A stretch of 25,490 bases of DNA, the filler included, from an uncultured virus (IMG/VR IMGVR_UViG_2512564001_000007) (Duplodnaviria; Heunggongvirae; Uroviricota; Caudoviricetes). It is 6 parts of one record of this genome, joined end to end, with 100 filler letters (N's around TTAATTAATTAA, not from the genome) between each part and the next. Parts side by side here need not be neighbours in the genome. Positions count along the whole stretch, not along the records: positions 4,785 to 12,551 come from IMGVR_UViG_2512564001_000007; positions 12,652 to 20,853 come from IMGVR_UViG_2512564001_000007; 4 more parts are not named here. One strand, written 5' to 3'. How positions within the stretch are numbered: position 1 is the stretch's first letter; every line of letters starts with the position of its first letter. Shown one piece after another: positions 7,044 to 14,969 of the stretch. The translations under genes and the position numbers were made by a program. The notes under the pieces were generated by a model that was not told where the DNA came from, did no database searches, and saw nothing but the letters and a program-made list of their open reading frames with translations.

Positions 7044-7514
7044 TTAACTGTCATCACCGTCTGTAAGTCGCTTCTCAGAAATACCTAACCCCTGAAAATC
7101 TTTCGGAGTCAGCCCGGAACTACGTAAATGGAATAACATTGAACAAAGCTGCGACTGGTATTGATTGGCGCTTGAAAATAAACTGGACATTGGGCTTTGG
7201 CGAAGCGATCTTGGAAGGCGCTCATTAAACCCCCCTAAACGCATAATTTGTTGTTCAAAATGTTCTGCACATCCTGAAATATAAAATAGTCGCTCTTTTA
7301 AGTCAGAAAGGGTGGCTAATTCTGTTTTCAGCCACTTAATTAACGCTTCAAGACTTAAGCTAGCTGCGTAAATAAAGGGTTCATTACCATAGTCCTGTGT
7401 TTGATCCTCTTCACTTTTCAGCTTGAAGTCATCATCATAATGATTCTTTGAACTGGTTGATTGCATTTTCTTAACCTCAGATTGTAGAGATAGATTACTG
7501 TCATCACTCACCAT
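7044..7514 (-). CDS. Hypothetical protein (start uncertain; internal ATG of MQSTSSK has a GAGG RBS)
   Basis: First ORF of the leftward operon; shares a P-aromatic-x5-LSxExLxxWL motif with the next gene. Confidence 0.5.
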   Translation of the reverse strand: MVSDDSNLSLQSEVKKMQSTSSKNHYDDDFKLKSEEDQTQDYGNEPFIYAASLSLEALIKWLKTELATLSDLKERLFYISGCAEHFEQQIMRLGGFNERLPRSLRQSPMSSLFSSANQYQSQLCSMLFHLRSSGLTPKDFQGLGISEKRLTDGDDS

Positions 7515-7708
7515 AGGCCACTTCGCAAAATGACCTATAATTAGTGTTTTTGCGTTTGCATTGCTTTCTCTGTCAGTGTTGCCCTTTCACGACCATTTTT
7601 CTCAAATGGTGCTAATCTTCCCGCCAACCGGATCGCGTTTGACGGTACATCGCATTTTATGCGCAGGGGTCTATACAGAAAAATCTGTGCTGTTCCGACT
7701 TTCTAAAT

Positions 7709-7720
7709 TGTTAAAGAGCG
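7709..7720 (-). promoter_or_regulatory. boxA antitermination element
   Basis: CGCTCTTTAACA, identical to the boxA copies at 22118-22129 and 23533-23544. Confidence 0.8.
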
Positions 7721-7746
7721 ATGGTTTGGCATACTTAACATGAAAT

Positions 7747-7806
7747 AATACATTTTGTCTTAAAATAGTATAGATTCTAGTGTTTTATGTCAATACAAAA
7801 TGTAAT
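7747..7806 (-). promoter_or_regulatory. pL promoter and OL operators of prophage A
   Basis: TTGACA-N17-TACTAT (7793-7765); operator-like AATAC-N5-GTAAT (7792-7806) and AATAC-N5-GTCTT (7747-7761). Confidence 0.7.
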
Positions 7807-7823
7807 TTATTTATATAGACACG

Positions 7824-7853
7824 AAAAAAAAGCCCACTTCTGTGGGTGGGCTT
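7824..7853 (-). terminator. Intrinsic terminator after cI
   Basis: AAGCCCAC-N8-GTGGGC followed by T8 on the minus strand. Confidence 0.8.
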
Positions 7854-7883
7854 GAAATTTTAGTTTTTTGTATATCTAGTTTA

Positions 7884-8540
7884 CTAGAGACTTACATAAC
7901 GCGAAAATTTTACAATTGCTGCTATAAAGTAAATTTCTACAATATCTTTTTCATCTATAGTTAGCGGTCGATGCTCTTGGTTTATGCTAAGCAATTGGTA
8001 AATTCCTTCCCTATGATAACCCATCCTCTTAATCATAGCTTTACGTTGATTAAGAGTGACAAAGACATCATCACCTGGGCTGATCTCAGAGCTTGGTTCT
8101 ATTACAAGAAATTCACCTGAATTTATTCGAGGAAACATGCTATCTCCTTTTACCCTGATTGCGAATGCTAATGGATCAGGGCTAAACATTCGTAAGCAAC
8201 CAGATAAGGGAGACATTGCAAGCATACCATCATCCGCTATTACCGCTTCGGATATCACTTGGATTGAATGTTCGTTTAATATATCAGTATATTCCAAATC
8301 CTCTTCTACATCTGGTTTTACTTCTTGCACACTAGCATCTGAATGTAAAATAATTTGATGGGTGCCAAGTACGTTCATAATTTTAGATATATCTTCAATA
8401 CTTGGTTCTCTTTTTCCATTCAGCCAGTGGCCAATTGCTCCTTGAGTTTTTCCAAGTTTTTCTCCTAACTTTTTCTGAGAAAGTTTTTTTTCTTTCATTT
8501 TGGTTTTAGCCCAAAGATTCCATTTTTGTCTTGTATTCAT
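7884..8540 (-). CDS. cI: CI-like repressor (XRE HTH + S24 peptidase domain)
   Basis: HTH SQKKLGEKLGKTQGAIGHWLNGKREP; S24 motifs VKGDSM and MIKR; divergent from cro. Confidence 0.9.
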   Translation of the reverse strand: MNTRQKWNLWAKTKMKEKKLSQKKLGEKLGKTQGAIGHWLNGKREPSIEDISKIMNVLGTHQIILHSDASVQEVKPDVEEDLEYTDILNEHSIQVISEAVIADDGMLAMSPLSGCLRMFSPDPLAFAIRVKGDSMFPRINSGEFLVIEPSSEISPGDDVFVTLNQRKAMIKRMGYHREGIYQLLSINQEHRPLTIDEKDIVEIYFIAAIVKFSRYVSL

Positions 8541-8549
8541 ATATTTGAT

Positions 8550-8623
8550 ATTACACTCCGTAATTTTATTAAACAGACAATATGTAATATTTATTTGAGA
8601 TTTTAAATTACGTAATGTATTTT
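8550..8623. promoter_or_regulatory. OR operators and pR of prophage A
   Basis: ATTAC-N5-GTAAT (8550-8564), CAGAC-N5-GTAAT (8574-8588), ATTAC-N5-GTATT (8607-8621); candidate pR TTGAGA-N17-TATTTT (8595-8623). Confidence 0.65.
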
Positions 8624-8662
8624 TATGTTGTTTAAAATTATTAAATGTAGGTTCTCTCTAAT

Positions 8663-8902
8663 ATGAACAATATAAAAAAATTAAGGAAAAAAATAGATAT
8701 GTCTCAAATAGCGTTTGCCAAGGTCTTAGGGCTATCTCAAGGGGCTGTAGCTCACTATGAGAAAGGTAGACGTAGCCCCAATGTAGATATGGCAAAAAAA
8801 ATATTATCTGCATTCAATAATCGAGGTGTTTATTGCACCTTCGAAGATGTTTTTGGTACAAGTATACACAATATTTTTAATAAACACCCAAAGGCAAAAT
8901 AA
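8663..8902 (+). CDS. cro: Cro-like HTH regulator
   Basis: 79 aa XRE HTH (SQIAFAKVLGLSQGAVAHYEKGRRSP), divergent from cI. Confidence 0.85.
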   Translation: MNNIKKLRKKIDMSQIAFAKVLGLSQGAVAHYEKGRRSPNVDMAKKILSAFNNRGVYCTFEDVFGTSIHNIFNKHPKAK

Positions 8903-8905
8903 CCC

Positions 8906-11257
8906 ATGCAAATAAATTATTCTGTCGGGCGTAGTGTGAGTGATCAGCGCCCGAGTCCTGCTGTTGCTGGCTCATATGACGAGCGTGATCACCTAAAAAC
9001 ATGGGGGGCGTTGCCTGATGAATGGGTGCACTTCGATTTAGTCCTTGGTTATACCGATAGGTTATTACCTGTAGTTTGTAATGCTGAGGCTACGATTTCG
9101 CCTTCCAGTAAAATGAAAGCACTAGGTAAAACGCCCTCAATCTATAATTCTCAGCGACAGGTTATTGGTATAACCGAATGGACTAGCAAATCTTCCTCAG
9201 GGGCAGATATTGAAAAATGGATGATGGAGCCTGATTACGGTATATGTGTCAAAACGGGCTCTGGCATAGTAGCACTGGATTGTGATAGTGACGATGTTGA
9301 TGTCCAAGCACGTATCCAGGCCTTTATGCTACAGTCCTTTGGTCAAATCCCACCACGCCGTTTTCGAAATAACAGTAACAAATGCCTTTACCTCATCGCA
9401 GTAGAAGGTGAGTTTTCTAAACGTGTACATCGTTTAAAAAACGATTTGGGGATCGTTGAGCTGCTCGCGAAAGGGCAACAATTTGTCGCTATGGGGACAC
9501 ATCCTAGCGGAGCGAGGCTTCAATGGGATAATGATTTACCGTCTGAGCCTTTCATGATCACTGAAAAACAATTGAATGATTTTTGGAAGGACTTAGCGGA
9601 TGAATTGCCCGTTGTGTCGTCGTCAGAGTCTGATCGCGTAGGTAAAGTAAGAGACCGTTCGATCGTAACGCCTAATGCAACCGATGAAGTCGCTGAGTTC
9701 TTGGATAGCCAGGGGCTAACACTAGACTATGGGCGTAATGGTGAACGCTATATCACTTGCCCTTTTGAAAGCGGACATAGCACTGATAGTGGGGTCACCA
9801 GTACGGCGTATTTCCCTAAAAATACAGCGGGGTTTGAAGTAGGGCATTTCAAATGTCTTCATGCCAGTTGTGCACATCGAAACGATGGCGATTTCTTGCA
9901 CGCTATTGGGTTTGGTAAAGATGATTTTGATGATCTGTCGTCTAATAAGACTGAAGAGGGTTTTACCGATATCAATATGGATATGACAAGTCATTTCCTT
10001 GAACGTTTCATTTATGTAGTCAAAGGTGATCAGGTGTGTGATTTATCACGGCCCCCTTATAATTGTGTCATTGAGATGAAATCATTTAAAAATCTGATGG
10101 CGCCTTTTCAAATACCATCAATAAGTAAAAAGGGTCAACCAACTTCTGCAACGAAACGCTGGATAGAGCATCCTAAAAAACAAGTGGCTGAAAGTATTGG
10201 ATACCAACCCGGCAAAGGACGTTTAATTAAACGACATGATGGGCGCTTTGATATTAATGAGTTTTATCTACCTGACCATGCGAAGGTTTCGAATTTTGAT
10301 AAATCAGATAACATCTTTCTTAAACACATGGAATACCTTTTGCCTAAAAAAGAGCAAAGGGATTTTTTCATTGCGCGTTTAGCCTGGATAGTCCAACGCC
10401 CCGATCGTCGATGCCCTATTACTATTCTTCATATATCGTTGTTACATGGAACGGGCAGAGGATGGGTGATTCAACTGATGGAAAAAATTCTAGGCTCCTG
10501 GAATTGTACAAGGGCGAAAATGGATGTTATCTGTAAAAATCAATACCATGACTATTTACATCATTCTCTACTATGTACCGTGGATGAAGTAAGAGAAAAC
10601 ACGGATAAGCGGTATTCAATTAGCGATCAACTACGTGACATTCTTACCGAGCCTAGATTTGAAGTTAATAATAAATATGGAAAGAAAATAACTGAAGACA
10701 TTTTTACCAGCTTTCTGTTTTTATCAAACCATATAGATGCCATTATTATCCCCGAAGAAGACAGACGTATTGCAGTCTTTGGGGGGCCTGATCACTTACA
10801 AGATGTCAAGTATTATGAAACCCTTTATCGTCATTTACAAGACGCTAATTTTATATCACAGGTATTTTGGTACTTAAAATCCATTGATTTGAATCAATTA
10901 AATTGGCAAAGAGCGCCTGATACTGAAGAACGGCAAATTATGATAGAAAGTAGCCGTTCAGATGTTGCCAAAACCTTGCACGATTTGATTGATGCGCCTA
11001 TTTCTCCCGTTATGACCTATCAGCAGATAGTTAATTTTATTATTGGTGATATGGGTTCCGCAGCGGAGATCAACGCTAAACAAATTGCGGCGATTTTAAG
11101 ATCGAAAGGGTTGACGCAATATGGAAGATTAAAATTCAAAGGCGACGCAGTTCGTCCGTGGATACTTGTTAAAAAAAGAAAGTTAACAAACGAAGAAGTA
11201 CGTATTGCGTTAGAAAAATGCGAAGAGCTGCAAGAAAAGGTGACAGGTGACACTTAA
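8906..11257 (+). CDS. Bifunctional primase-polymerase fused to a Cys/His motif and a D5/DUF5906-like P-loop helicase
   Basis: Prim-pol motifs GICVKTG...VALDCD and QFVAMGTHPSG; CPF...H...CLHASC; Walker A-like HGTGRG, Walker B LCTVDEV and FLSNH. Confidence 0.85.
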   Translation: MQINYSVGRSVSDQRPSPAVAGSYDERDHLKTWGALPDEWVHFDLVLGYTDRLLPVVCNAEATISPSSKMKALGKTPSIYNSQRQVIGITEWTSKSSSGADIEKWMMEPDYGICVKTGSGIVALDCDSDDVDVQARIQAFMLQSFGQIPPRRFRNNSNKCLYLIAVEGEFSKRVHRLKNDLGIVELLAKGQQFVAMGTHPSGARLQWDNDLPSEPFMITEKQLNDFWKDLADELPVVSSSESDRVGKVRDRSIVTPNATDEVAEFLDSQGLTLDYGRNGERYITCPFESGHSTDSGVTSTAYFPKNTAGFEVGHFKCLHASCAHRNDGDFLHAIGFGKDDFDDLSSNKTEEGFTDINMDMTSHFLERFIYVVKGDQVCDLSRPPYNCVIEMKSFKNLMAPFQIPSISKKGQPTSATKRWIEHPKKQVAESIGYQPGKGRLIKRHDGRFDINEFYLPDHAKVSNFDKSDNIFLKHMEYLLPKKEQRDFFIARLAWIVQRPDRRCPITILHISLLHGTGRGWVIQLMEKILGSWNCTRAKMDVICKNQYHDYLHHSLLCTVDEVRENTDKRYSISDQLRDILTEPRFEVNNKYGKKITEDIFTSFLFLSNHIDAIIIPEEDRRIAVFGGPDHLQDVKYYETLYRHLQDANFISQVFWYLKSIDLNQLNWQRAPDTEERQIMIESSRSDVAKTLHDLIDAPISPVMTYQQIVNFIIGDMGSAAEINAKQIAAILRSKGLTQYGRLKFKGDAVRPWILVKKRKLTNEEVRIALEKCEELQEKVTGDT

Positions 11258-11543
11258 TTTCAAAACTTTCATTTTACCTTAGGTGACACATGGTGACAGA
11301 TAAAAAAGTAACTGTCACCCTTAAAATATCAATAAAATCAATAGTTAAAATACTAAAGGTGACAGGTGACACTTATTTTAAGTTATTACACGCGAGATAG
11401 AGTAATATTTTGTTACATAATATACGTATTATATATATATATTTAAAGTATCTGTCACCTGTCACTTTTTTTGTAAAGATGTAGCTACGGTAAGGCTTAG
11501 TGCAGGTGGTAGATAGGTATTTTAAGCGTCACCATGTGCCACC
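11236..11543. repeat. Iteron array, putative replication origin
   Basis: GGTGACA at 11239, 11246, 11282, 11292, 11358, 11365; inverted TGTCACC at 11313, 11453; variants at 11460, 11527, 11537; 21-bp direct repeat at 11236/11355; AT-rich (AT)n core about 11400-11450. Confidence 0.8.
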
Positions 11544-11579
11544 TCTACGTTTTCACACTTCTAGCGGAGCGAAAAGATC

Positions 11580-12008
11580 ATGAGCAGAGACATTGAGAAA
11601 ATACTACTCCACTGGGGCGGTTGGTGTGCGGGTAATCCGTATGCCTCGGTGAGCTGGTTGCCTGTGGCATCAGGTTTTAATCGCTTCATGCCATTTTCCA
11701 CCTCCCGATTATCGTGCAGTGATGCGGATGGGCTGGTGATTGATGTGTGCGTCAGTCACCTTAACACGGTGGGTATGGCGAGAGAGCTGAGTTACATTGA
11801 GGATTATTACATCAAGGGGATATCGAAGCGTGCTATTGCGCGAAAGTTTGCGGTACGCGAGGATGAGGTGCGAAAAAGAATGCAAATTGCGGAAGGATTT
11901 ATTTTGGGATGCCTAGAAACCCTTGATATTCAATTAGATATCGACATATTGTACAAATATCATACAAACGGTTATCAAACACTAGTGCGGCCGCAAAAGG
12001 TATGCTAA
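11580..12008 (+). CDS. Q: Late antitermination protein Q
   Basis: RDIEKILLHWGGW...CSDADGLVID...YYIKGISKRAIARK...QIAEGFILGCL matches the phage antiterminator Q family; followed by terminators. Confidence 0.9.
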   Translation: MSRDIEKILLHWGGWCAGNPYASVSWLPVASGFNRFMPFSTSRLSCSDADGLVIDVCVSHLNTVGMARELSYIEDYYIKGISKRAIARKFAVREDEVRKRMQIAEGFILGCLETLDIQLDIDILYKYHTNGYQTLVRPQKVC

Positions 12009-12083
12009 AGTGCCCAAGATGAATTTTTGTGTCCAGCAGAGATGTACGCTGATAACTAAAACCTCAATGAATTAAATTTTGCT

Positions 12084-12110
12084 AGCCTCGCTTTTGCGAG
12101 GTTTTTTGTT
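12084..12110 (+). terminator. tR'-like intrinsic terminator
   Basis: CCTCGC-TTTT-GCGAGG followed by T6. Confidence 0.8.
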
Positions 12111-12151
12111 TTACGCCACCGCAATACTCACAAATTGAATACGCAAAAATA

Positions 12152-12174
12152 GCACCCATTGAGGTGTTTTTTTT
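12152..12174 (+). terminator. Second intrinsic terminator
   Basis: GCACC-N6-GGTGT followed by a T-run. Confidence 0.5.
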
Positions 12175-12246
12175 GTTTTAGGGATGAGTCATTAACAATA
12201 TCCAGGAACTGGATAATTTATAACAATAATAACAAAGAGAAATCTT

Positions 12247-12483
12247 ATGACTAAAACATTAAACCTTGAATTACAGCCTTCCAGTGTTAAACCGGGTACA
12301 GAAGAATACCCCCGTCAATATCTCATTGTTAATGATTTCGATTATTACAATGTGGTGGTAGGCGCTTTTGCAGAAGGCGGGAAATTTCTTTATTTTCAAG
12401 GCTGGGATAACGGCGAGTATGTCACCTTTAAGCCAAAAGATTATGCTTATTGGGCTGTTTTACCTGCCAAAAAACCGGAATAA
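12247..12483 (+). CDS. Small hypothetical protein (moron between Q and the lysis genes)
   Basis: 78 aa, aromatic-rich; C-terminal YWAVLP weakly recalls DUF551 (HWMPLP); flanked by 13-bp direct repeats. Confidence 0.7.
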   Translation: MTKTLNLELQPSSVKPGTEEYPRQYLIVNDFDYYNVVVGAFAEGGKFLYFQGWDNGEYVTFKPKDYAYWAVLPAKKPE

Positions 12484-12551
12484 GCATTAAAAATAAGCCA
12501 CCGCAATACGCACACAAACAATCATCAAAACGGGTAAGGCGGCTGGCTCCC

Positions 12552-12651
12552 NNNNNNNNNNNNNNNNNNNNNNNNNNNNNNNNNNNNNNNNNNNNTTAAT
12601 TAATTAANNNNNNNNNNNNNNNNNNNNNNNNNNNNNNNNNNNNNNNNNNNN
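12552..12651. other. Artificial contig linker / assembly gap (holin and endolysin would be expected here)
   Basis: N44-TTAATTAATTAA-N44. Confidence 0.98.
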
Positions 12652-12653
12652 TT

Positions 12654-13049
12654 TTTCTCAACAGCCGTTACAAAACCGTCAAGCAAAACTACCACACGCT
12701 AAAACAGAAATATCACGAGCAAATTGAAGCGTTGGAATTGCAGCAGCAGAAGATAGCAGCCTTGCGCCAACTCGATATTAAACACACCGAGGAACTCAAT
12801 AATGCTAAAGCGGAAATTGATAAGCTCAATGATGCTGTGCGTGCTGGCGTTAAGCGGTTGCGCGTCAACGCCGTGTGTGGTGCACCCAAAACCACTACCG
12901 CCAAGAGCCGATATGATGAAGCCACCCCACAACTTGGCGAAGCAGCTCGAGAAGATTATTTCCATCTCCGAGAAATGATAGTCGAGAACGAAAAGCAGAC
13001 AGAATATCTACAGCGTTATATCAAAACGCAGTGTCAATTCCCACTATGA
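12654..13049 (+). CDS. Rz: Rz i-spanin (5' end in gap)
   Basis: LDIKHTEELNNAKAEIDKL...AGVKRLRVNAVC...AREDYFHLRE...LQRYIKTQC parallels lambda Rz; frame is open back to the contig edge. Confidence 0.92.
   Translation, partial: FLNSRYKTVKQNYHTLKQKYHEQIEALELQQQKIAALRQLDIKHTEELNNAKAEIDKLNDAVRAGVKRLRVNAVCGAPKTTTAKSRYDEATPQLGEAAREDYFHLREMIVENEKQTEYLQRYIKTQCQFPL
12802..12978 (+). CDS. Rz1: Rz1 o-spanin lipoprotein embedded in Rz (+1 frame), 58 aa
   Basis: MLKRKLISSMMLCVLALSGCASTPCVVHPKPLPPRADMMKPPHNLAKQLEKIISISEK; lipobox LSG-C and Pro-rich body. Confidence 0.88.
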   Translation: MLKRKLISSMMLCVLALSGCASTPCVVHPKPLPPRADMMKPPHNLAKQLEKIISISEK

Positions 13050-13068
13050 ATAATCAATATTATGTCCA

Positions 13069-13320
13069 TTACCTGGCAGCAGATGGCCGTGATGTTGATG
13101 GCTGGTTTGATGAGGGTGAGTTGTCACCAGCAAAACCCCGTTGTTCAAACCATGACTGCATATAATCGAAATAGTCAATTATGGGTTCAGCACGCGCATT
13201 AAACTCCTGTCTTTTGTCTCTGCCAATGGCGTGTTTGTTACCAATATATAACCCTAGGAAAAATGTTAATAAACTAATCAGAGGTGAGTAAAGTTGCAGG
13301 ATTTTTATCAAATCGTTCAT
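13069..13320 (-). pseudogene. Membrane-anchored moron protein, probably C-terminally truncated
   Basis: N-terminal transmembrane helix (LISLLTFFLGLYIG) and GGAG RBS; the last 20 or so residues (AGDNSPSSNQPSTSRPSAAR) look like antisense read-through into another gene fragment. Confidence 0.45.
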
Positions 13321-13455
13321 GAATATTGGTGGCTCCTTTATCCAATAATTACGTTTATTTTTGGTTTGTTATGTGGTGGTTTAACAGGTTGGCCACCCTT
13401 TAGTTGGAAATAATCATTCCGTTAAATATTACCATTAATTTGAAACAGGTTAATT

Positions 13456-13965
13456 ATGTCTGAAAAGAATGCCCCAGAAATTATAGTAAAAATAAAGGCT
13501 GATGATAGTGATTTGATTAAATTAGAAGATCGCTTGCAACGTATTGCTAATTTGATGAACCAAATGGGTTTAATTGAAAAGGATAAAACGGCAACATCAA
13601 GTTGGCTGAGTTCTGTAAAAGTAAATAGTGAAAATACGACCAGTTTGCAAATGGCAGTACAAAAGGCTTGTAATTTCGGTGCTCGAGAAGGCGCGAAAAA
13701 AGCGAGAGATAAACAAATCAATGATGAAAAAAAAGAATCGATAAAATTATCAAAACTGTTTATTGGGGGTGTGTTTAAAGGCTATGCGCTTACCGTTAAG
13801 GGAAAGATACTCTCTAATCTGGAATCGACGGTTGTAGAGAGTAAACCACAGGTAACTTCACGTGTTAAGGCCTCTTTCATTGTGACTGATGAGATGATAG
13901 TTGATGCGCCTGATATACATTTAAAAGATTACATTTATCGGTCAGCAGAAGAAGTGAATGCTTAA
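13456..13965 (+). CDS. Hypothetical phage protein
   Basis: 169-aa ORF with AGGT RBS, ending 8 bp before the HNH gene. Confidence 0.7.
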   Translation: MSEKNAPEIIVKIKADDSDLIKLEDRLQRIANLMNQMGLIEKDKTATSSWLSSVKVNSENTTSLQMAVQKACNFGAREGAKKARDKQINDEKKESIKLSKLFIGGVFKGYALTVKGKILSNLESTVVESKPQVTSRVKASFIVTDEMIVDAPDIHLKDYIYRSAEEVNA

Positions 13966-13973
13966 GGAGGACT

Positions 13974-14324
13974 ATGCCGCCACGTATTCCTCGCGCCTGT
14001 CGCAAACCTGGTTGTGCCAAGACAACAACTGAATGCAGTGGGTACTGTGAAGTACATCAACACCAAGGTTGGAAAAATTATCAGCAAGGCAAAAGCCGTC
14101 ATCAACGGGGCTATGGTACAAAGTGGGATAAATTACGTGCAACCATATTAAAACGTGATAAATACCTTTGTCAGATTTGTTTAATTGAAGGGCGATTGAT
14201 AACCGCAACTACCGTTGACCATATCATTGCGAAAGCGCATGGCGGAAATGATGCAGAGAGTAACTTGCAATCGTTATGTTGGCCATGCCATCGAAAGAAA
14301 ACCGCCACTGAAAGAAGCCGTTAA
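13974..14324 (+). CDS. Terminase-associated HNH endonuclease (HK97 gp74-like)
   Basis: PRACRKPGC...YCEVH...RGYG..W...RDKYLCQIC...TVDHIIAK..GG....NLQSLCWPCH; directly upstream of terS. Confidence 0.93.
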   Translation: MPPRIPRACRKPGCAKTTTECSGYCEVHQHQGWKNYQQGKSRHQRGYGTKWDKLRATILKRDKYLCQICLIEGRLITATTVDHIIAKAHGGNDAESNLQSLCWPCHRKKTATERSR

Positions 14325-14328
14325 ACAA

Positions 14329-14410
14329 GGGGAGGGGTGGGTAAAAAGTCTCCCTCTCTCGCTTTTAGGACTGCCGCTTCAGTCAAATTTTTATCACCGC
14401 GAAAAATAAA
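14329..14410 (+). promoter_or_regulatory. Probable cos packaging-site region
   Basis: G-rich GGGGAGGGGTGGG ... GGACTGCCGC tract between HNH and terS, the usual cos location in HK97-like phages; exact cut site not determined. Confidence 0.55.
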
Positions 14411-14474
14411 AATAAAATGGGGGGATTCTCTTTGGCCAATTGTGTTAAGTGTTTATCTGGATGAGGAGAGCGTT

Positions 14475-14969
14475 ATGGCAGGGATAGCAGGTAAATCCGG
14501 CCGTCTTCCAAAACCGATAGCCCGAAAAGCCTTAGCGGGTAATCCCGGTAAACGCCGACTAAATAGCGATGCGCCAGTTTTTACGCCGCTCAAAAAAGTT
14601 AATCCGCCTGACTGGTTTATCGAAAATGAAATGAGGCTCGCGGTCACTATGTGGGAAATGACGGTAAAGGAGCTATGTGGTCAGGGGATTATTTGCCTGA
14701 CGGATTTAGCTGTACTGGAGCGTTGGTGTGTTGCCTATCAAATTTGGCGAAAACTGGTCACGGATATTATGCGTGACGGTACGCGTTTAACGGGGTCAGC
14801 AGGTGGTCCAATAAAAAATCCGGATCTAACGGCAAAAAAAGAACAGGAAACGGAAATGGATCGAACAGGCGCGATGTTAGGTTTAGATCCGAGTAGCCGC
14901 CAACGCTTAATTGGCCTGGCAGGGCAATCAAAACAAGAAAACCCTTTTTTGAAGATTATTTCCTCATGA
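14475..14969 (+). CDS. terS: Terminase small subunit (P27 family)
   Basis: Start re-assigned to the ATG at 14475 (GAGGAG RBS); [29 protein letters not shown]. Confidence 0.92.
   Translation: MAGIAGKSGRLPKPIARKALAGNPGKRRLNSDAPVFTPLKKVNPPDWFIENEMRLAVTMWEMTVKELCGQGIICLTDLAVLERWCVAYQIWRKLVTDIMRDGTRLTGSAGGPIKNPDLTAKKEQETEMDRTGAMLGLDPSSRQRLIGLAGQSKQENPFLKIISS

Larger units (their letters stand above)
1..12551. mobile_element. Prophage A early/regulatory/replication region (APSE-like), split over three contigs
   Basis: Gene order xis ... ant ... SSB-DUF2800 <- cI | cro -> primase-helicase -> Q. Links across the gaps at 753-852 and 4685-4784 are assumed, but strand and gene order are consistent. 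Confidence 0.8.

Noticed and set aside
11236..11543. Repeat cluster as a CRISPR array
   Set aside because: Units are 7 bp, irregularly spaced and in both orientations, which fits iterons.
14337..14474. 46-aa N-terminal extension of TerS in the ORF track
   Set aside because: It runs through the probable cos region; the ATG at 14475 has a strong RBS and starts the family motif.
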